A DNA stretch of 64,000 bases from IMG/VR virus record IMGVR_UViG_3300045988_058553, positions 119,095 to 183,094 of that record; one strand, 5' to 3'. Of this stretch, positions 1-10,582 are shown piece after piece (position 1 is the stretch's first letter; each line of letters starts with the position of its first letter). The position numbers and the translations under genes were made by a program. The notes below the pieces were generated by a model. It did no database searches. It was given only the letters and a program-made list of their open reading frames with translations, and was not told the DNA's origin. The DNA comes from a virus.

Positions 1-55
1 TTCAAATGTTAATTTTATGTTAAAGGACGTTAAAATCCTCTTAACTAAAAATCTC

Positions 56-409
56 TTAAAATGGTACATAATTGTCGAGCAAAATCTGGAGCTGTTTGGG
101 CATATCTTTCGGCTTAATGCCAAAGTCAAGAAAAGTGGTACACCCGTACATTAAATCCTCACAGATAGCCCCTAAAGACTTCAGAAAGGTATTTTTTTCT
201 CCCTCCCTAAAATCTTTTCCGACTTTCAATAAAACATCATAACACGTTACCTTTTGACCTTTTTTCTTTAACTCATTAGTTATATAACAAGTAAGAGCAA
301 TACAGGCTAGTTTATCACCCATATTGCTCCCTAGGTAGTTTAAGGTAAAGTATTTTGAGTAAATTGATGACAATTGTTCAAAGCTGATATTTTGAAGGTC
401 GTTCATCAA
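56..409 (-). CDS. hypothetical protein
   Basis: Intact 117-aa ORF in the compact minus-strand early operon. No recognisable motifs. Confidence 0.45.
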   Translation of the reverse strand: MMNDLQNISFEQLSSIYSKYFTLNYLGSNMGDKLACIALTCYITNELKKKGQKVTCYDVLLKVGKDFREGEKNTFLKSLGAICEDLMYGCTTFLDFGIKPKDMPKQLQILLDNYVPF

Positions 410-1427
410 GAGAATAGTCTCTATAACCTATCTGATAGGCTACATACTTCAAAAGAGTCTTGAACTCATGAAATCCTTGTCGCAATTCCAAATAAGTAAC
501 TGGCCTAACCTTACTATAAAAGTTCGGAATGGTAGAAACTACTAAGTAATTAGCTTGCAATTTTGGATTCTCCAAGTTATAGAACTTTTCAGCACACAAC
601 TTCAGAAGGTATAAATACATCGCAAACTCCCTACTATAGTGATACTTATTGATATTGGTGTCAATTTCACTAACGATTTTTCCAATCGTCTTAATATCAT
701 TCACTACAATAGTGTTAGTTTCTGTATCTATTGTATAATTATCTAGTTTGGACTTCAGGTGTAAGATAAACTTTTTTCCATTAGGGCAGGTCGCCTCCAC
801 GTCCAATAAAATAGCTTGCTCATTTTCAGAAATAGGTGTTTTAGTTATCCCTTCAGGATGTAAAAGTTTCTGCACTTGCTTATTGCTATTTAATGCTGAT
901 ACACAAGACTTTACGATTTCTAGTGATTTGTTGTCAAGATATATAATTTCCTTATCTTGTGTTAAATCAAATTCTTTTAGCTGTCTATTCTTCCAATAGT
1001 TAGTAGAAGCTTCAATCACAGATTTAGCTAGTTCCTTGGTAAGCTTTCCCTTGTAATATTCGACCTTGTCTGATGCTTTCTTTACATCGTCAAATGTTAC
1101 TTCTCCTTTCAGAAAAACGGGATAGAGTTCATTAGCCATTGCTCCTAACTTTGCAGTAGGTTTACCAATGTCTTCTGACAGTTCAAAACTATCTGGCTGT
1201 AGCACTAATTCGTGTACGGCACTTCCAAGTTCCAGAGCAGAAGAGAAAGTATTTTTAAACCCAGTAAAGAATTTATCTGGATTACCATCCTGCCGAGGAT
1301 TAATTAATCCTAAACGGGAATTACTAACATATCCACTGTACTGTTCAGAAAAATATACCTTATCACTTATCTTCTCCAATCTTAGTGTGTCTAGCAGCGG
1401 CCTAAGCTTGATATCTTTTAATTCCAT
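378..1427 (-). CDS. hypothetical protein, possible PD-(D/E)XK-type nuclease
   Basis: 349-aa ORF. The C-terminal region has a D...E.K-like arrangement (LDVEATC...ILHLKSK...IDTETN) reminiscent of lambda-exonuclease/YqaJ-type nucleases. This is a weak by-eye assignment. Confidence 0.3.
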   Translation of the reverse strand: MELKDIKLRPLLDTLRLEKISDKVYFSEQYSGYVSNSRLGLINPRQDGNPDKFFTGFKNTFSSALELGSAVHELVLQPDSFELSEDIGKPTAKLGAMANELYPVFLKGEVTFDDVKKASDKVEYYKGKLTKELAKSVIEASTNYWKNRQLKEFDLTQDKEIIYLDNKSLEIVKSCVSALNSNKQVQKLLHPEGITKTPISENEQAILLDVEATCPNGKKFILHLKSKLDNYTIDTETNTIVVNDIKTIGKIVSEIDTNINKYHYSREFAMYLYLLKLCAEKFYNLENPKLQANYLVVSTIPNFYSKVRPVTYLELRQGFHEFKTLLKYVAYQIGYRDYSLDERPSKYQL

Positions 1428-1936
1428 CCTAAAGTTGCTAATTCTAATTCATATGCAAATCTAATTTCGTCAATATCTAAACTATAAATGCGGAATAAAG
1501 GATCTCCATTCTGGTTATGTGGCCTATCTATTAGCAATGCTGGAAGTCCAGAGTTTATTGCCATAGTCACATTACTAATACTGTCGTCGATTAATACATC
1601 GCATTTGCCTTTTATCAAGTCAGCCTTGTTTCCGTGCTGATAATACATTTGATAAATAGGTCTTATGGGTAAATTGTATTTAGCTAGACAATTTCGAGTA
1701 TAAGTTTTACTGTTAATTCTTTTAGTCGCATAAATATGCGGCTCGAAATTCGGCTTTTCTAGCAAGGGTAAATTTTCCCAAAACTCCTTGTTGTAGCGAA
1801 GACTTACTACGTTTCGTGTAATTACGTGCTCGACTAAATCTGATTCTCTAGGGAATAGTGTTTTATATGCTCCCCAGAAATCGAAGATTGTATCATCCAA
1901 GTCTAACGCTATCCTTAATGGATTACATAAATTCAT
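1418..1936 (-). CDS. HAD-superfamily hydrolase (nucleotidase-like)
   Basis: N-terminal DLDDTI (DxDxT motif I) and a later ...GKCDVLIDDS (motif IV) seen directly in the translation. Confidence 0.5.
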   Translation of the reverse strand: MNLCNPLRIALDLDDTIFDFWGAYKTLFPRESDLVEHVITRNVVSLRYNKEFWENLPLLEKPNFEPHIYATKRINSKTYTRNCLAKYNLPIRPIYQMYYQHGNKADLIKGKCDVLIDDSISNVTMAINSGLPALLIDRPHNQNGDPLFRIYSLDIDEIRFAYELELATLGWN

Positions 1937-2144
1937 TTATCTCAGATACGTCTCCTAAATATATTCCATGTTTTTCAGCAAGTTCTATACAGAAATCATC
2001 ATAATCTAGAAGATCGTCTAAATCGTCGTATTTATTTATATACATACTCTTTATCTTCTCTTCGCAATCCTCATAGCTTCTTGCTACTACTTTGCTAATA
2101 GTACAGGCTTCGTCTGTATGCCATGGAAATAAATATATGTTCAT
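1923..2144 (-). CDS. hypothetical protein
   Basis: 73-aa ORF, translationally coupled within the operon. Confidence 0.4.
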   Translation of the reverse strand: MNIYLFPWHTDEACTISKVVARSYEDCEEKIKSMYINKYDDLDDLLDYDDFCIELAEKHGIYLGDVSEINEFM

Positions 2145-2389
2145 AACTCGATTACTTCAATAACATTCAATCGCTTCTTTATTAATAGCTCTAGGTCTTC
2201 TCTATCTACGTAGATGAAATGACTTTTCTTCAAATCAGATAAAGTGGAATCAAACTCAAGAGAGAATGCTTCCATTGTTCTCCAATTCTTTTTAGCTGTC
2301 CTTAAATAAAGAGCATATTCATCATCAAAGTCATTAACTATACAATTTTTAATCGTAGGAACCGGACCTTTAACTACTAACTTTTTCAT
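2141..2389 (-). CDS. hypothetical protein
   Basis: 82-aa ORF whose start overlaps the upstream gene's stop codon (4-bp overlap pattern). Confidence 0.4.
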   Translation of the reverse strand: MKKLVVKGPVPTIKNCIVNDFDDEYALYLRTAKKNWRTMEAFSLEFDSTLSDLKKSHFIYVDREDLELLIKKRLNVIEVIEL

Positions 2390-2835
2390 TTTCTAAGCAA
2401 TTCATAAAAATATTCTATAGGTATTACAGCGACTTGGCCTCGACAGGGTTCTCCGTTCTTTCCTGCCTTTTTCCAGCATATACAGAACGGTTTTGACTTA
2501 TCACTGCAAGCATCTCTAATATCAAAATAGTTAGGCATATTCTGAGTAAATTTAGCTTGGATATTAACCGGAAGTTCATTGTTCATGTCAACAATATCTA
2601 TTTTGTCAGCATCAGCCAATTTGTTTTGACTTCTGCTAGACACACATCCTTCGTATCCTATATCTCTAAGTTTGTGAATTATTTCTAACTCATACTGAGA
2701 GCCTTTTTGTTTACTCTTCTTTGCCTGCTTACTTCTTCTAACTGCGGGGTCTGCCCATTCAAAGGTAATTCCGTCTTTTGATTTTGCTCCAGAGCCAGGC
2801 TTATTAGCTCTAGCTTTGATTGAGTTTATCTCCAA
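2386..2835 (-). CDS. hypothetical protein (basic N-terminus, Cys-containing C-terminus)
   Basis: 149-aa ORF. Lys/Arg-rich N-terminus and a CICW...C motif. No family assigned. Confidence 0.4.
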   Translation of the reverse strand: MEINSIKARANKPGSGAKSKDGITFEWADPAVRRSKQAKKSKQKGSQYELEIIHKLRDIGYEGCVSSRSQNKLADADKIDIVDMNNELPVNIQAKFTQNMPNYFDIRDACSDKSKPFCICWKKAGKNGEPCRGQVAVIPIEYFYELLRK

Positions 2836-2914
2836 ACCAGTTCCTTCAGAGGCTAATTCAACAGATTCAAAAGTTTTTCTACTACCGTCCTTAAAGATGG
2901 CTGTAACACTTGTA

Positions 2915-3928
2915 TTAGTCTACTTTTTCATTCTTCTTAAGTTTCTTTATGTAATTAGTAATAAATTCTTGTGTACCTTTTCTTCCATACATATGGTAAT
3001 AATCACTTATATCCTTAGCTCCTGTGCTTCTGGGAATCATTGATACAATTAGTTCTGGATGCTCTTTCCTAATCTTATTAGTAAAACGTACTCCAGTCAA
3101 ATCATTATCATATAGCAACACAACGTATTTGAATCTCTGCTTTAATTCTTCTAAAATCTTATCAGAAACAAACTGAGTTTCAGAGTTGGGAGCTATAGCT
3201 GGTATTCCTAAAGAATATAAACACATTACATCTTTCATAGATTTAGTTATAACAACTAGTTTTCCACTCTTAGCTAATTGCTTATAGCCTTGAATAGTCT
3301 TGGTTGAAACATTTCCTATGAATCTAAACTCCTTTCGTTTTGGCATATAAATTCGCCATTGCTCGATGTTCTCTTTCTTTCCAAAATAGTAGCCATATAT
3401 AGGACTATGCTGGGCAGATTGTGCATATATGTTCCCATTCAAAAATACAGTACTACAACTGTATACTTTGAACTTATATAGGATGTCTTTAGTTATACCA
3501 AAACTTCCCCACCACTTCAACTCAGGTTCTGAAAAATCCTTAGCCTCTATCTGAATAAAAGTTTGTTTCTCTTCTTCAAACTTAGGCTGGATTTTCACTG
3601 CAACTTTCTTTACGGAAGAATCTTTCGTATATCCAAAGTCTTTAGCTATAATCCTTAAAGCAGTGTGGTAGTTACAATTATACTTTTCCATAACTACTCC
3701 TTCGAATGTGAGACATTTTCCAGAAGCAAAGTCTTTAAAATACAAGTTTCCAGATTTTCCTCTAAAGAAACTGCAAGTGACATGACTGTCACTACGCAAA
3801 GGAGACTTGAACAATCCTTTCTTAACTGGGATGCCCAGATAATAAGTCATGTAAGTCTCCTCATTGTTTTTAGATAGAAGAAATTCCTTAGTAATTTTTG
3901 GTTCAAAAGTATAATCAAACATGGTCAC
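2915..3928 (-). CDS. putative DNA primase / TOPRIM-domain protein
   Basis: 337-aa ORF. C-terminal half has a TOPRIM-like acidic motif (VVLLYDNDLTG) and sits in a replication module with helicases. Confidence 0.4.
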   Translation of the reverse strand: MTMFDYTFEPKITKEFLLSKNNEETYMTYYLGIPVKKGLFKSPLRSDSHVTCSFFRGKSGNLYFKDFASGKCLTFEGVVMEKYNCNYHTALRIIAKDFGYTKDSSVKKVAVKIQPKFEEEKQTFIQIEAKDFSEPELKWWGSFGITKDILYKFKVYSCSTVFLNGNIYAQSAQHSPIYGYYFGKKENIEQWRIYMPKRKEFRFIGNVSTKTIQGYKQLAKSGKLVVITKSMKDVMCLYSLGIPAIAPNSETQFVSDKILEELKQRFKYVVLLYDNDLTGVRFTNKIRKEHPELIVSMIPRSTGAKDISDYYHMYGRKGTQEFITNYIKKLKKNEKVD

Positions 3929-3962
3929 TAAGGAATTTATGAATTACTCTACTAACAAATCA

Positions 3963-4658
3963 TTAGAGTAAGTCAGTGATGTCCAAATCATCTGCTGGAG
4001 CTTGGTCTACTCCTGCTACATCTGCAATTGGATCTTCTGACTTCATTTCAGTAGGCTTAGCCTTCAGATATTTCTGACGTTCTCCTTCCTCATAGTCAGA
4101 GAAGAACAGCTTATCGCCAATATAGTTATCAGAAATGAACGACTCACCCTGTTTGTTAATACCAACAATACGCGGTATATCAGCAACTACCTTACCGTCA
4201 CGGTTTCTACCAATCAACTTCAACTTAGTCTCTGTTCCCTTCACCTTCTCAGTGATTGTAATCAAAGCCTTAGCTACATCGTCGAAGCTCTTAAACTTAG
4301 AGCTAGCTGCTTGCATCTTTTCGAATCCTGCAGGGTTAAGAACCTGCGCAGTCTGTTTAACTACAGCCATCAAAGTTTCGAAGTTGGAGGGCATCACTAC
4401 CTTTCCACCATTCTTACTATCAAATTCTCGTCTCTCATCATCACCAGCTTTCGGGAAGAATTGAGTTACTGAGAAGTAACCATCTTCGTTCTCAAAATTG
4501 ATAGACAAAACTTTATAGTGGGCTGTTGGGTCCTTCTTCCCATCAAATTCCTTGATTTCGCAACCCATGAATTTTACATCATGGATATTCCAAGGGGTTA
4601 AAGGACGACGTGTGTTTCTTACTGCTGAGTCTGCTGATATACCAAAATTAAATGCCAT
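3963..4658 (-). CDS. putative single-stranded DNA-binding protein
   Basis: 231-aa ORF ending in an acidic tail (DDLDITDLL) of the kind found on SSB C-termini. Adjacent to an ATPase and helicases. Confidence 0.35.
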   Translation of the reverse strand: MAFNFGISADSAVRNTRRPLTPWNIHDVKFMGCEIKEFDGKKDPTAHYKVLSINFENEDGYFSVTQFFPKAGDDERREFDSKNGGKVVMPSNFETLMAVVKQTAQVLNPAGFEKMQAASSKFKSFDDVAKALITITEKVKGTETKLKLIGRNRDGKVVADIPRIVGINKQGESFISDNYIGDKLFFSDYEEGERQKYLKAKPTEMKSEDPIADVAGVDQAPADDLDITDLL

Positions 4659-4660
4659 AA

Positions 4661-5236
4661 TTAATTCAAATTAAAATCAAATTTTTCTAAGTTTTTGTCA
4701 TCTTCGTCTATGTTTAAATTATCTAATGCTTCTATATCGAGTTCTTTTTCGATATCAATTATCTCTTCCGGCACAGGATTTGACTCCTGTACCTTGTCTC
4801 CTATCAGATAATAAATTCCTTTATCCTCTGTAGGTTCCAACTTAAAGACAGTACCGTAAGCAGAAAGCTTTTCGTTAGCAGCTCCTCTATAACTTACAGT
4901 ATTACTTTTAGTCAGCTTGTTTCCAGCCTTAGTACCGAAAGCAGCATCGGTTCCAATAATAGGAACTGCCTTCTTATCCTTTTTCTTATACTTGATGTCT
5001 ACACGACAATCTGCACAGACTTGTAACAAGTCTACTGCCCCTTGGGTCAAAATCAACTTGTTAGAATCAAGCGTAATAATAGGTTCAGGATTTTCATCTA
5101 CCTTAGCAGATGAAGATTTACTACTTGCAGCTTTCTTAGTAGCTACGGTGTCAACATGGATTTCTTCTTTACCAATATAGGTGATTTCACCCGTTTGCTC
5201 ATTCACATCATAGTGAAACAGTATGTCTAATTTCAT
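4661..5236 (-). CDS. hypothetical protein (acidic C-terminus)
   Basis: 191-aa ORF with an acidic C-terminal tail. Confidence 0.4.
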   Translation of the reverse strand: MKLDILFHYDVNEQTGEITYIGKEEIHVDTVATKKAASSKSSSAKVDENPEPIITLDSNKLILTQGAVDLLQVCADCRVDIKYKKKDKKAVPIIGTDAAFGTKAGNKLTKSNTVSYRGAANEKLSAYGTVFKLEPTEDKGIYYLIGDKVQESNPVPEEIIDIEKELDIEALDNLNIDEDDKNLEKFDFNLN

Positions 5237-5931
5237 TATTCCCCTTCGTTATAAGCGTCAATAACTTTAATAATCTCATCCAAATCATTATCAATTTCTA
5301 AGTCTTCAAACATTCCCAAAGAAGTCTTTGCTACACAGCTACCATCATTGTTAGTGATAAGCTTATACTCCATTCTACCGGAGTCTCCTTCGTTTACTTT
5401 AGTAAAGAAGATATATGTAAACAAACCTTCCAAGGTTACTTTTTCAGACAGCAACTTACCAACAGTCTTGATAACATACTTAGGATTAACGTTGTCTCCA
5501 ACATTTTCTGAGTGAGTCAAGAAGATCATTTTGCAATCCTCTCTCATCTTTTCTGAATATCTCAGAATTTCCATAGCGTGTTGAGCTAATTCACTAAACT
5601 TAGTATAACCAACTTCAGTTGCTCTATCAACGAACTCATAAGAGAGAACATATTGGAAGTCATCAATGATTACCTGCTTGATGTGTGGCATCATCTTATC
5701 AATAATTTGAAGAATTTTCAGTATTTGGTCCCACTTTGAACTTACATAGTAGTTACCACTCACGTTCTTTCCTTCGATTTTGATGGGAATATACTTCTTC
5801 TTCCATGCACGGAAGGGAAGGGGTTTACCCGTAGTACTTATAATAAAAGTAGTTTCGGGATTAAGATTTCTTAAACTTGTACTTTTTCCAGTACCTGATT
5901 CACCTACGATAGCAATTGTTTCAGCAGCCAT
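5236..5931 (-). CDS. P-loop ATPase (Sak4/RecA-like recombination ATPase candidate)
   Basis: Walker A GESGTGKST near the N-terminus and Walker B-like VIIDDF. Neighbours an SSB-like gene. Confidence 0.5.
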   Translation of the reverse strand: MAAETIAIVGESGTGKSTSLRNLNPETTFIISTTGKPLPFRAWKKKYIPIKIEGKNVSGNYYVSSKWDQILKILQIIDKMMPHIKQVIIDDFQYVLSYEFVDRATEVGYTKFSELAQHAMEILRYSEKMREDCKMIFLTHSENVGDNVNPKYVIKTVGKLLSEKVTLEGLFTYIFFTKVNEGDSGRMEYKLITNNDGSCVAKTSLGMFEDLEIDNDLDEIIKVIDAYNEGE

Positions 5932-7025
5932 TATTCTAATGCAAAATTAAAATTCGAATTTGAATTATCTAATTCTGTAATATCATCTAGCTCCTGTTCT
6001 ACAATAGAACTATTATCTTCTAATATATAGTTTGGACTTGTATATCTCTCATAATCATAAATTTCATCGGGCTTCGGCAGCTCGTAGAACATATTAATCC
6101 ATCCAAAGAAGTTTACTCCAACCTCAACATCGCAATCCCCATATCGGTTCTTAAGTACCATAATACTCCTATAATAAGAGCCTAGATACTCAATATTGTA
6201 GTGTTTATAAGTCTTCAATCCATCTCTGTGAGGATTATACAATGCAATCATGATATTACAATCTTGCACAGTATTACCTGAATCCTTAGCATCGTGAATA
6301 GTAAACGCACTTTTGCCTTGCTTAAACCTCTCAATATTTCCTTGCTCTCTATTAGCTTGCTGTATTACTACAGGACTAATAAAACACTTATCTCTAAGAA
6401 AAAGAAGATAGCTAGACAACAAATCAATATCAGGCTTTGTACCAACAAGACCAATATGGTCTACAACTACATTATAAATAAGATTAGGATTATTTGGAGT
6501 ATAGACGAGGCGGGTTTCACTTTCAGAAAAGGTTCCCATTTCCTCCAACCTAGTTTTCAAGATGGCATATACCTTCTTCGGAGTTACCTTCTTGTCATAG
6601 ATTTCTAACTTCTTACTAATCTTATCTATCCAAGGCATACATTGCTTAACTAAGTCATAATGCTCATCAGATAAAATATATTCTTTTTCTCTTGACAATA
6701 TCTTCTTAAAAGATAGTTGGATTCCATAGGTCTCAAATATATATATGGATAACAGCTTAATATACAAAGCTACTTCTCCCATTTCAAGACTGAAATACAA
6801 TACCTTAAAATCATCATCATCAAGATGTTCCATTAGTGGTCGATATACATAAGCATATAAGGCAAACGAAGTCTTACCTGCACCAGAGTTTGATAGAATT
6901 AAAGTATAGGTTTCCCTAGTAACTCCATCAATAATACTCTCTAGCTTAGGAAGTTTCATAGAAATACCATGATTTAGTCCCTGTCTACCTCTATCAATTT
7001 CATTGAGAAGTTTATCAGAAATCAT
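5931..7025 (-). CDS. DnaB-like replicative helicase
   Basis: Walker A SNSGAGKTS plus the characteristic DnaB H1a motif YFSLEMGE. Confidence 0.55.
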   Translation of the reverse strand: MISDKLLNEIDRGRQGLNHGISMKLPKLESIIDGVTRETYTLILSNSGAGKTSFALYAYVYRPLMEHLDDDDFKVLYFSLEMGEVALYIKLLSIYIFETYGIQLSFKKILSREKEYILSDEHYDLVKQCMPWIDKISKKLEIYDKKVTPKKVYAILKTRLEEMGTFSESETRLVYTPNNPNLIYNVVVDHIGLVGTKPDIDLLSSYLLFLRDKCFISPVVIQQANREQGNIERFKQGKSAFTIHDAKDSGNTVQDCNIMIALYNPHRDGLKTYKHYNIEYLGSYYRSIMVLKNRYGDCDVEVGVNFFGWINMFYELPKPDEIYDYERYTSPNYILEDNSSIVEQELDDITELDNSNSNFNFALE

Positions 7026-7627
7026 AGTAATCTCATAGAATCATAATTAACTCCGCCTTCATTCTTTAATGCCTCTAGTTCTTCCCACTTATGGTCTATT
7101 ACAAAATTAGCTATTGTGGTACACAATATATTGTGTTCATTAGCCCACTTAACTAACTCTATAATATGGTTATGAGTTTCTGGCTTCCATCTGATAGTTT
7201 TACCATAAAACCTATAGAAGTCTTCAATTGTATCAAATTTCTTAGATACGCTTTTCAGACCCACTTGTGTATTATTAACTATTCCAAATAATGGATAAGT
7301 ATCCCACAATTCCTTACCTAAGTCGAATGAACACTTATAAAAGTCTTTCACAACTAACTTATTTAGAGGAACATCTAGTGGGTTAAATACAGACCCTTTC
7401 TCAGGAATCTTATAGGATTTATGAATAACTCCAGCATCGCGAAGTCCAGTTAATAGTTCTATTGTAAAACCACGAGCGCATACTCTAGAAGAGAAATACT
7501 CGTGGACAATTTCGGGTTCATCACCCTCTTGGGCGATAAGAAGAATTTCTAACAACAACAGCTCACTTGGGTTTATGCTATATTTTTCACAAAACAAAAG
7601 TTGCTGTTTCAGTTCAAGATTTTTCAC
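7022..7627 (-). CDS. hypothetical protein
   Basis: 201-aa ORF, start-stop overlap with neighbours. Confidence 0.4.
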   Translation of the reverse strand: MKNLELKQQLLFCEKYSINPSELLLLEILLIAQEGDEPEIVHEYFSSRVCARGFTIELLTGLRDAGVIHKSYKIPEKGSVFNPLDVPLNKLVVKDFYKCSFDLGKELWDTYPLFGIVNNTQVGLKSVSKKFDTIEDFYRFYGKTIRWKPETHNHIIELVKWANEHNILCTTIANFVIDHKWEELEALKNEGGVNYDSMRLL

Positions 7628-7714
7628 GTGTACAAATTAATAGATTTTCTACTAATCTATACACCAAGTCTAGTTTACTTGTTAAAGCGTTAAAACTTGG
7701 TTACGTGATAAACT

Positions 7715-7933
7715 TTAGTCCTCAACTTTTTCGCTGGCAGTTTCAAGAAGTACTGCATAGTCCTTCTTTAATTCCTTCAATTCAGCGGTAAGCTTACTAA
7801 CTTTAGCTTCCAATGCTTTGCACTTCTTAGTCAAAGCAGACTTCATCTCATTAAACTCTTTTTTAGTGTAATAAGTTTCCATAATTAAAAACGATAGGTA
7901 AAATTCTGCAATTTTTTCTTGTAAGGTTCCCAA
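7715..7933 (-). CDS. hypothetical coiled-coil protein
   Basis: 72-aa ORF, Lys/Glu/Leu heptad-like sequence. Confidence 0.35.
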   Translation of the reverse strand: MGTLQEKIAEFYLSFLIMETYYTKKEFNEMKSALTKKCKALEAKVSKLTAELKELKKDYAVLLETASEKVED

Positions 7934-9162
7934 GGCTCTCCATTAAGTAACTTTCGTAAGTTATCTACATCAATAGTAACATACTCGCTCTTTTGATGAG
8001 ACTTCTTAAACCATTCTTGTTCAACGGTATCTTCTAGCACTAATGTGAATATTTCAGAGTATTTAGAACCTTCTTTTCTAATGACCCTACCAGCGGCTTG
8101 AGTGCTTTTTGTGCTACTAGAGTCAACTCCAAGCATTATCCCGACTGATAGACCGGGACAATCAAAACCTTCAATAGCCAATTTACAGCTATTAATCACA
8201 CCCTTGTCTAGTAGGGCGAACTCCTCAAGTGTAATTCTGTTTTGTTTTTTACTTTCTTTGCCAGTGTAAACATATCCTACTCCTATCTTCTCTGCCATTG
8301 CAGTGTTAGCAGAGAATGTAATAATTTTCTTGTCTGCTCTGTGAGCAATAATCTCCCTAGCCACTTCTAATTTAGCCGGATGATTATGGATAAACTTTTT
8401 TCTAGCTTGTAAAGCTCTCATAAAAGCTGTAGAATGAAAGGTAATCTGCTTCAAAGCATTAGACAGCTCAGCTTTATCCGAACTACTACAAATCTGGTTT
8501 CTGTAATTAAGCCTATTTCTGAGGCCGTCTTTACCAACCATACTCATTGCGAGTCCAAAATCAAAGTTAAAGAATTCAAAATGTCTTATAAATTCCCTAT
8601 TTTGCTCTCGATAGCTTTCGATGTCTTCTGCTGTGATAATTACTTGATATTCAGTAAAATCAGATACCCAACCATTGGCTTTGGCTACTTCAATAGTTAC
8701 GCTATCAACTACAGGGCAATATTTCTCGACTATAGTATGTCTACCGTCAAGTCTTTCCAGAGTAGCAGTTAGTCCAAGAATTAACTTGTATTTAACCTTA
8801 CTAAATACAAATTGTAAAGTCTCAGCAGCAGTTCTATGGATTTCATCAATGATTAAAAAGTCACATTCGTATCCATTCTTTGCTGTAGTATTTACAACTT
8901 GCACCTCTGTATTTAACCCTAGACCTTCCTTATCTAATATATCTATCCACTGATTCTTTAAAAGTTCCGTGGGGACTACTACCAATGCTCTAATAGTAGG
9001 ATATTTAGATAGAACAGCCTTTAAACAATTAATAGCACATCGTGTTTTACCAAAGCCTGTACAGGCTTCTATGGTGCCTCTTCCTTTATGTAATAACCAG
9101 GCTCTCTTACATTGCTCCTGTCGCTCATCACGAGTAACAGGAGTAAAGAGGTCTTTCATCAA
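7885..9162 (-). CDS. SF2 DEAD/DEAH-box DNA helicase
   Basis: Motif I TGFGKT, motif II DEIH and motif III LTATLER seen directly. Confidence 0.6.
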   Translation of the reverse strand: MMKDLFTPVTRDERQEQCKRAWLLHKGRGTIEACTGFGKTRCAINCLKAVLSKYPTIRALVVVPTELLKNQWIDILDKEGLGLNTEVQVVNTTAKNGYECDFLIIDEIHRTAAETLQFVFSKVKYKLILGLTATLERLDGRHTIVEKYCPVVDSVTIEVAKANGWVSDFTEYQVIITAEDIESYREQNREFIRHFEFFNFDFGLAMSMVGKDGLRNRLNYRNQICSSSDKAELSNALKQITFHSTAFMRALQARKKFIHNHPAKLEVAREIIAHRADKKIITFSANTAMAEKIGVGYVYTGKESKKQNRITLEEFALLDKGVINSCKLAIEGFDCPGLSVGIMLGVDSSSTKSTQAAGRVIRKEGSKYSEIFTLVLEDTVEQEWFKKSHQKSEYVTIDVDNLRKLLNGEPWEPYKKKLQNFTYRF

Positions 9163-10022
9163 TCTATATTCCTAGTGATGTCCCATCCTTTAAGTTCTGC
9201 AACTTTCTTGATTTCTTCCATCTTATCCTTCCATTGTTTAGCCTGGTTCTCGCATTGATTTTGGAAGCGATAAAGAACTTTGTTTGATAGCAGTCTGAGC
9301 TGATCACTAGTTAAGTTAGCATATTTATCTCGTTTCAATCTACACATAGATCTAAACTCAGCATAACTTAATCCAGTATCACAGATTTTCAGAGCTATAG
9401 AAGGATTCAAACGAAGTTCCTTACTTACTACTAACAGTCTGTTAACAGCTTTACCTGTCACTGGGTCTTTACGATACAAGTCTTTCTGCATTTCTTGCTG
9501 TGTAAACCACAGTCCCATTTTTACAATGAAGTTAAGCGTCAAATGAGAGTTGTCAAACAATCCCAAGGAATCTAAACAAGCATCCATAACTAAACTTACT
9601 GGTACTTCTCTAAACTCTACAGGGATTCCATTAAGAATCTCTCCAATTGGATAGACCTTAATAGCCTCATTAGTTAACACTTCCTTATTGTTTTTGATAA
9701 CAGCTTTCAAGTCTTCCAAACAACGTGTGTTTGTGTATTGCTTTTCAGCTCTAAGCCATCTAATAAGAAGCTCTGCACGACATCTTTGTATTTGGTCGGA
9801 CACAATTCCGAGTAATGTTACACGACCCGGATTCTTGGTATCAGAGTTGTACAACATTTGTTCACAATGATTGTAGAATCGTCTCAGCTGGTCATAACCT
9901 GCGTCTACCAATTTAATTTCCTCCTGGACCCCATTTACCTTAGGTCCTTTCCATACATAGCTATTAACGTCGTTTGCTTTATCGCTCAAAGCCTCTCTCA
10001 GCTTATCTCCTAATACAGTCAT
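9159..10022 (-). CDS. hypothetical protein
   Basis: 287-aa ORF. Confidence 0.4.
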   Translation of the reverse strand: MTVLGDKLREALSDKANDVNSYVWKGPKVNGVQEEIKLVDAGYDQLRRFYNHCEQMLYNSDTKNPGRVTLLGIVSDQIQRCRAELLIRWLRAEKQYTNTRCLEDLKAVIKNNKEVLTNEAIKVYPIGEILNGIPVEFREVPVSLVMDACLDSLGLFDNSHLTLNFIVKMGLWFTQQEMQKDLYRKDPVTGKAVNRLLVVSKELRLNPSIALKICDTGLSYAEFRSMCRLKRDKYANLTSDQLRLLSNKVLYRFQNQCENQAKQWKDKMEEIKKVAELKGWDITRNID

Positions 10023-10067
10023 AAATTATTCTTTAAAAATACTTCATAGTTTATCTCCTTTTTAATG

Positions 10068-10391
10068 TTAATCTAATAATATTTGTCCATCTTCAATGAT
10101 AGGCTTTTCATGAATAAATTTCAAAAAAATTATATTACTATCCTTGTATGGAACAAAATCTTTACCATCGTACCATTTATCGATGCCTTCTTCTACGTAT
10201 CTTAGTGAAACATAGCCGACATCTCCTAATTTCATAGAACACTGGTTCCAATTCGGGAATCGAACACACATTATATCCTTGTAATCTAGATTATCATATT
10301 CTAGCCTTTCAAAGACATAATTAGCGTATCCCATCCCGTCCTCACATTCAGCAACAAATTTGACATGGTAAGTTACTTCTTTGGTTTCCAC
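10068..10391 (-). CDS. hypothetical protein
   Basis: 107-aa ORF. Confidence 0.4.
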   Translation of the reverse strand: METKEVTYHVKFVAECEDGMGYANYVFERLEYDNLDYKDIMCVRFPNWNQCSMKLGDVGYVSLRYVEEGIDKWYDGKDFVPYKDSNIIFLKFIHEKPIIEDGQILLD

Positions 10392-10582
10392 ACTTCAAAT
10401 GTATTAATATCCTCAAACTTCCTACAACCATAAGAAGCGAAGTCTCCTTGCAGCTTATCCATGTTAGGCAAGCAAGGGTAATTCTTACACCTAGTGCAGC
10501 TACGTTCAGGATGTTTGTAGTGAAAACCATCTTTGTCCTTAAACATTACTTCAGTAATAGGCATAATAATATTAATACACAT
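10373..10582 (-). CDS. hypothetical Cys-rich small protein
   Basis: 69-aa ORF with CTRC...C...C pattern. Confidence 0.3.
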   Translation of the reverse strand: MCINIIMPITEVMFKDKDGFHYKHPERSCTRCKNYPCLPNMDKLQGDFASYGCRKFEDINTFEVWKPKK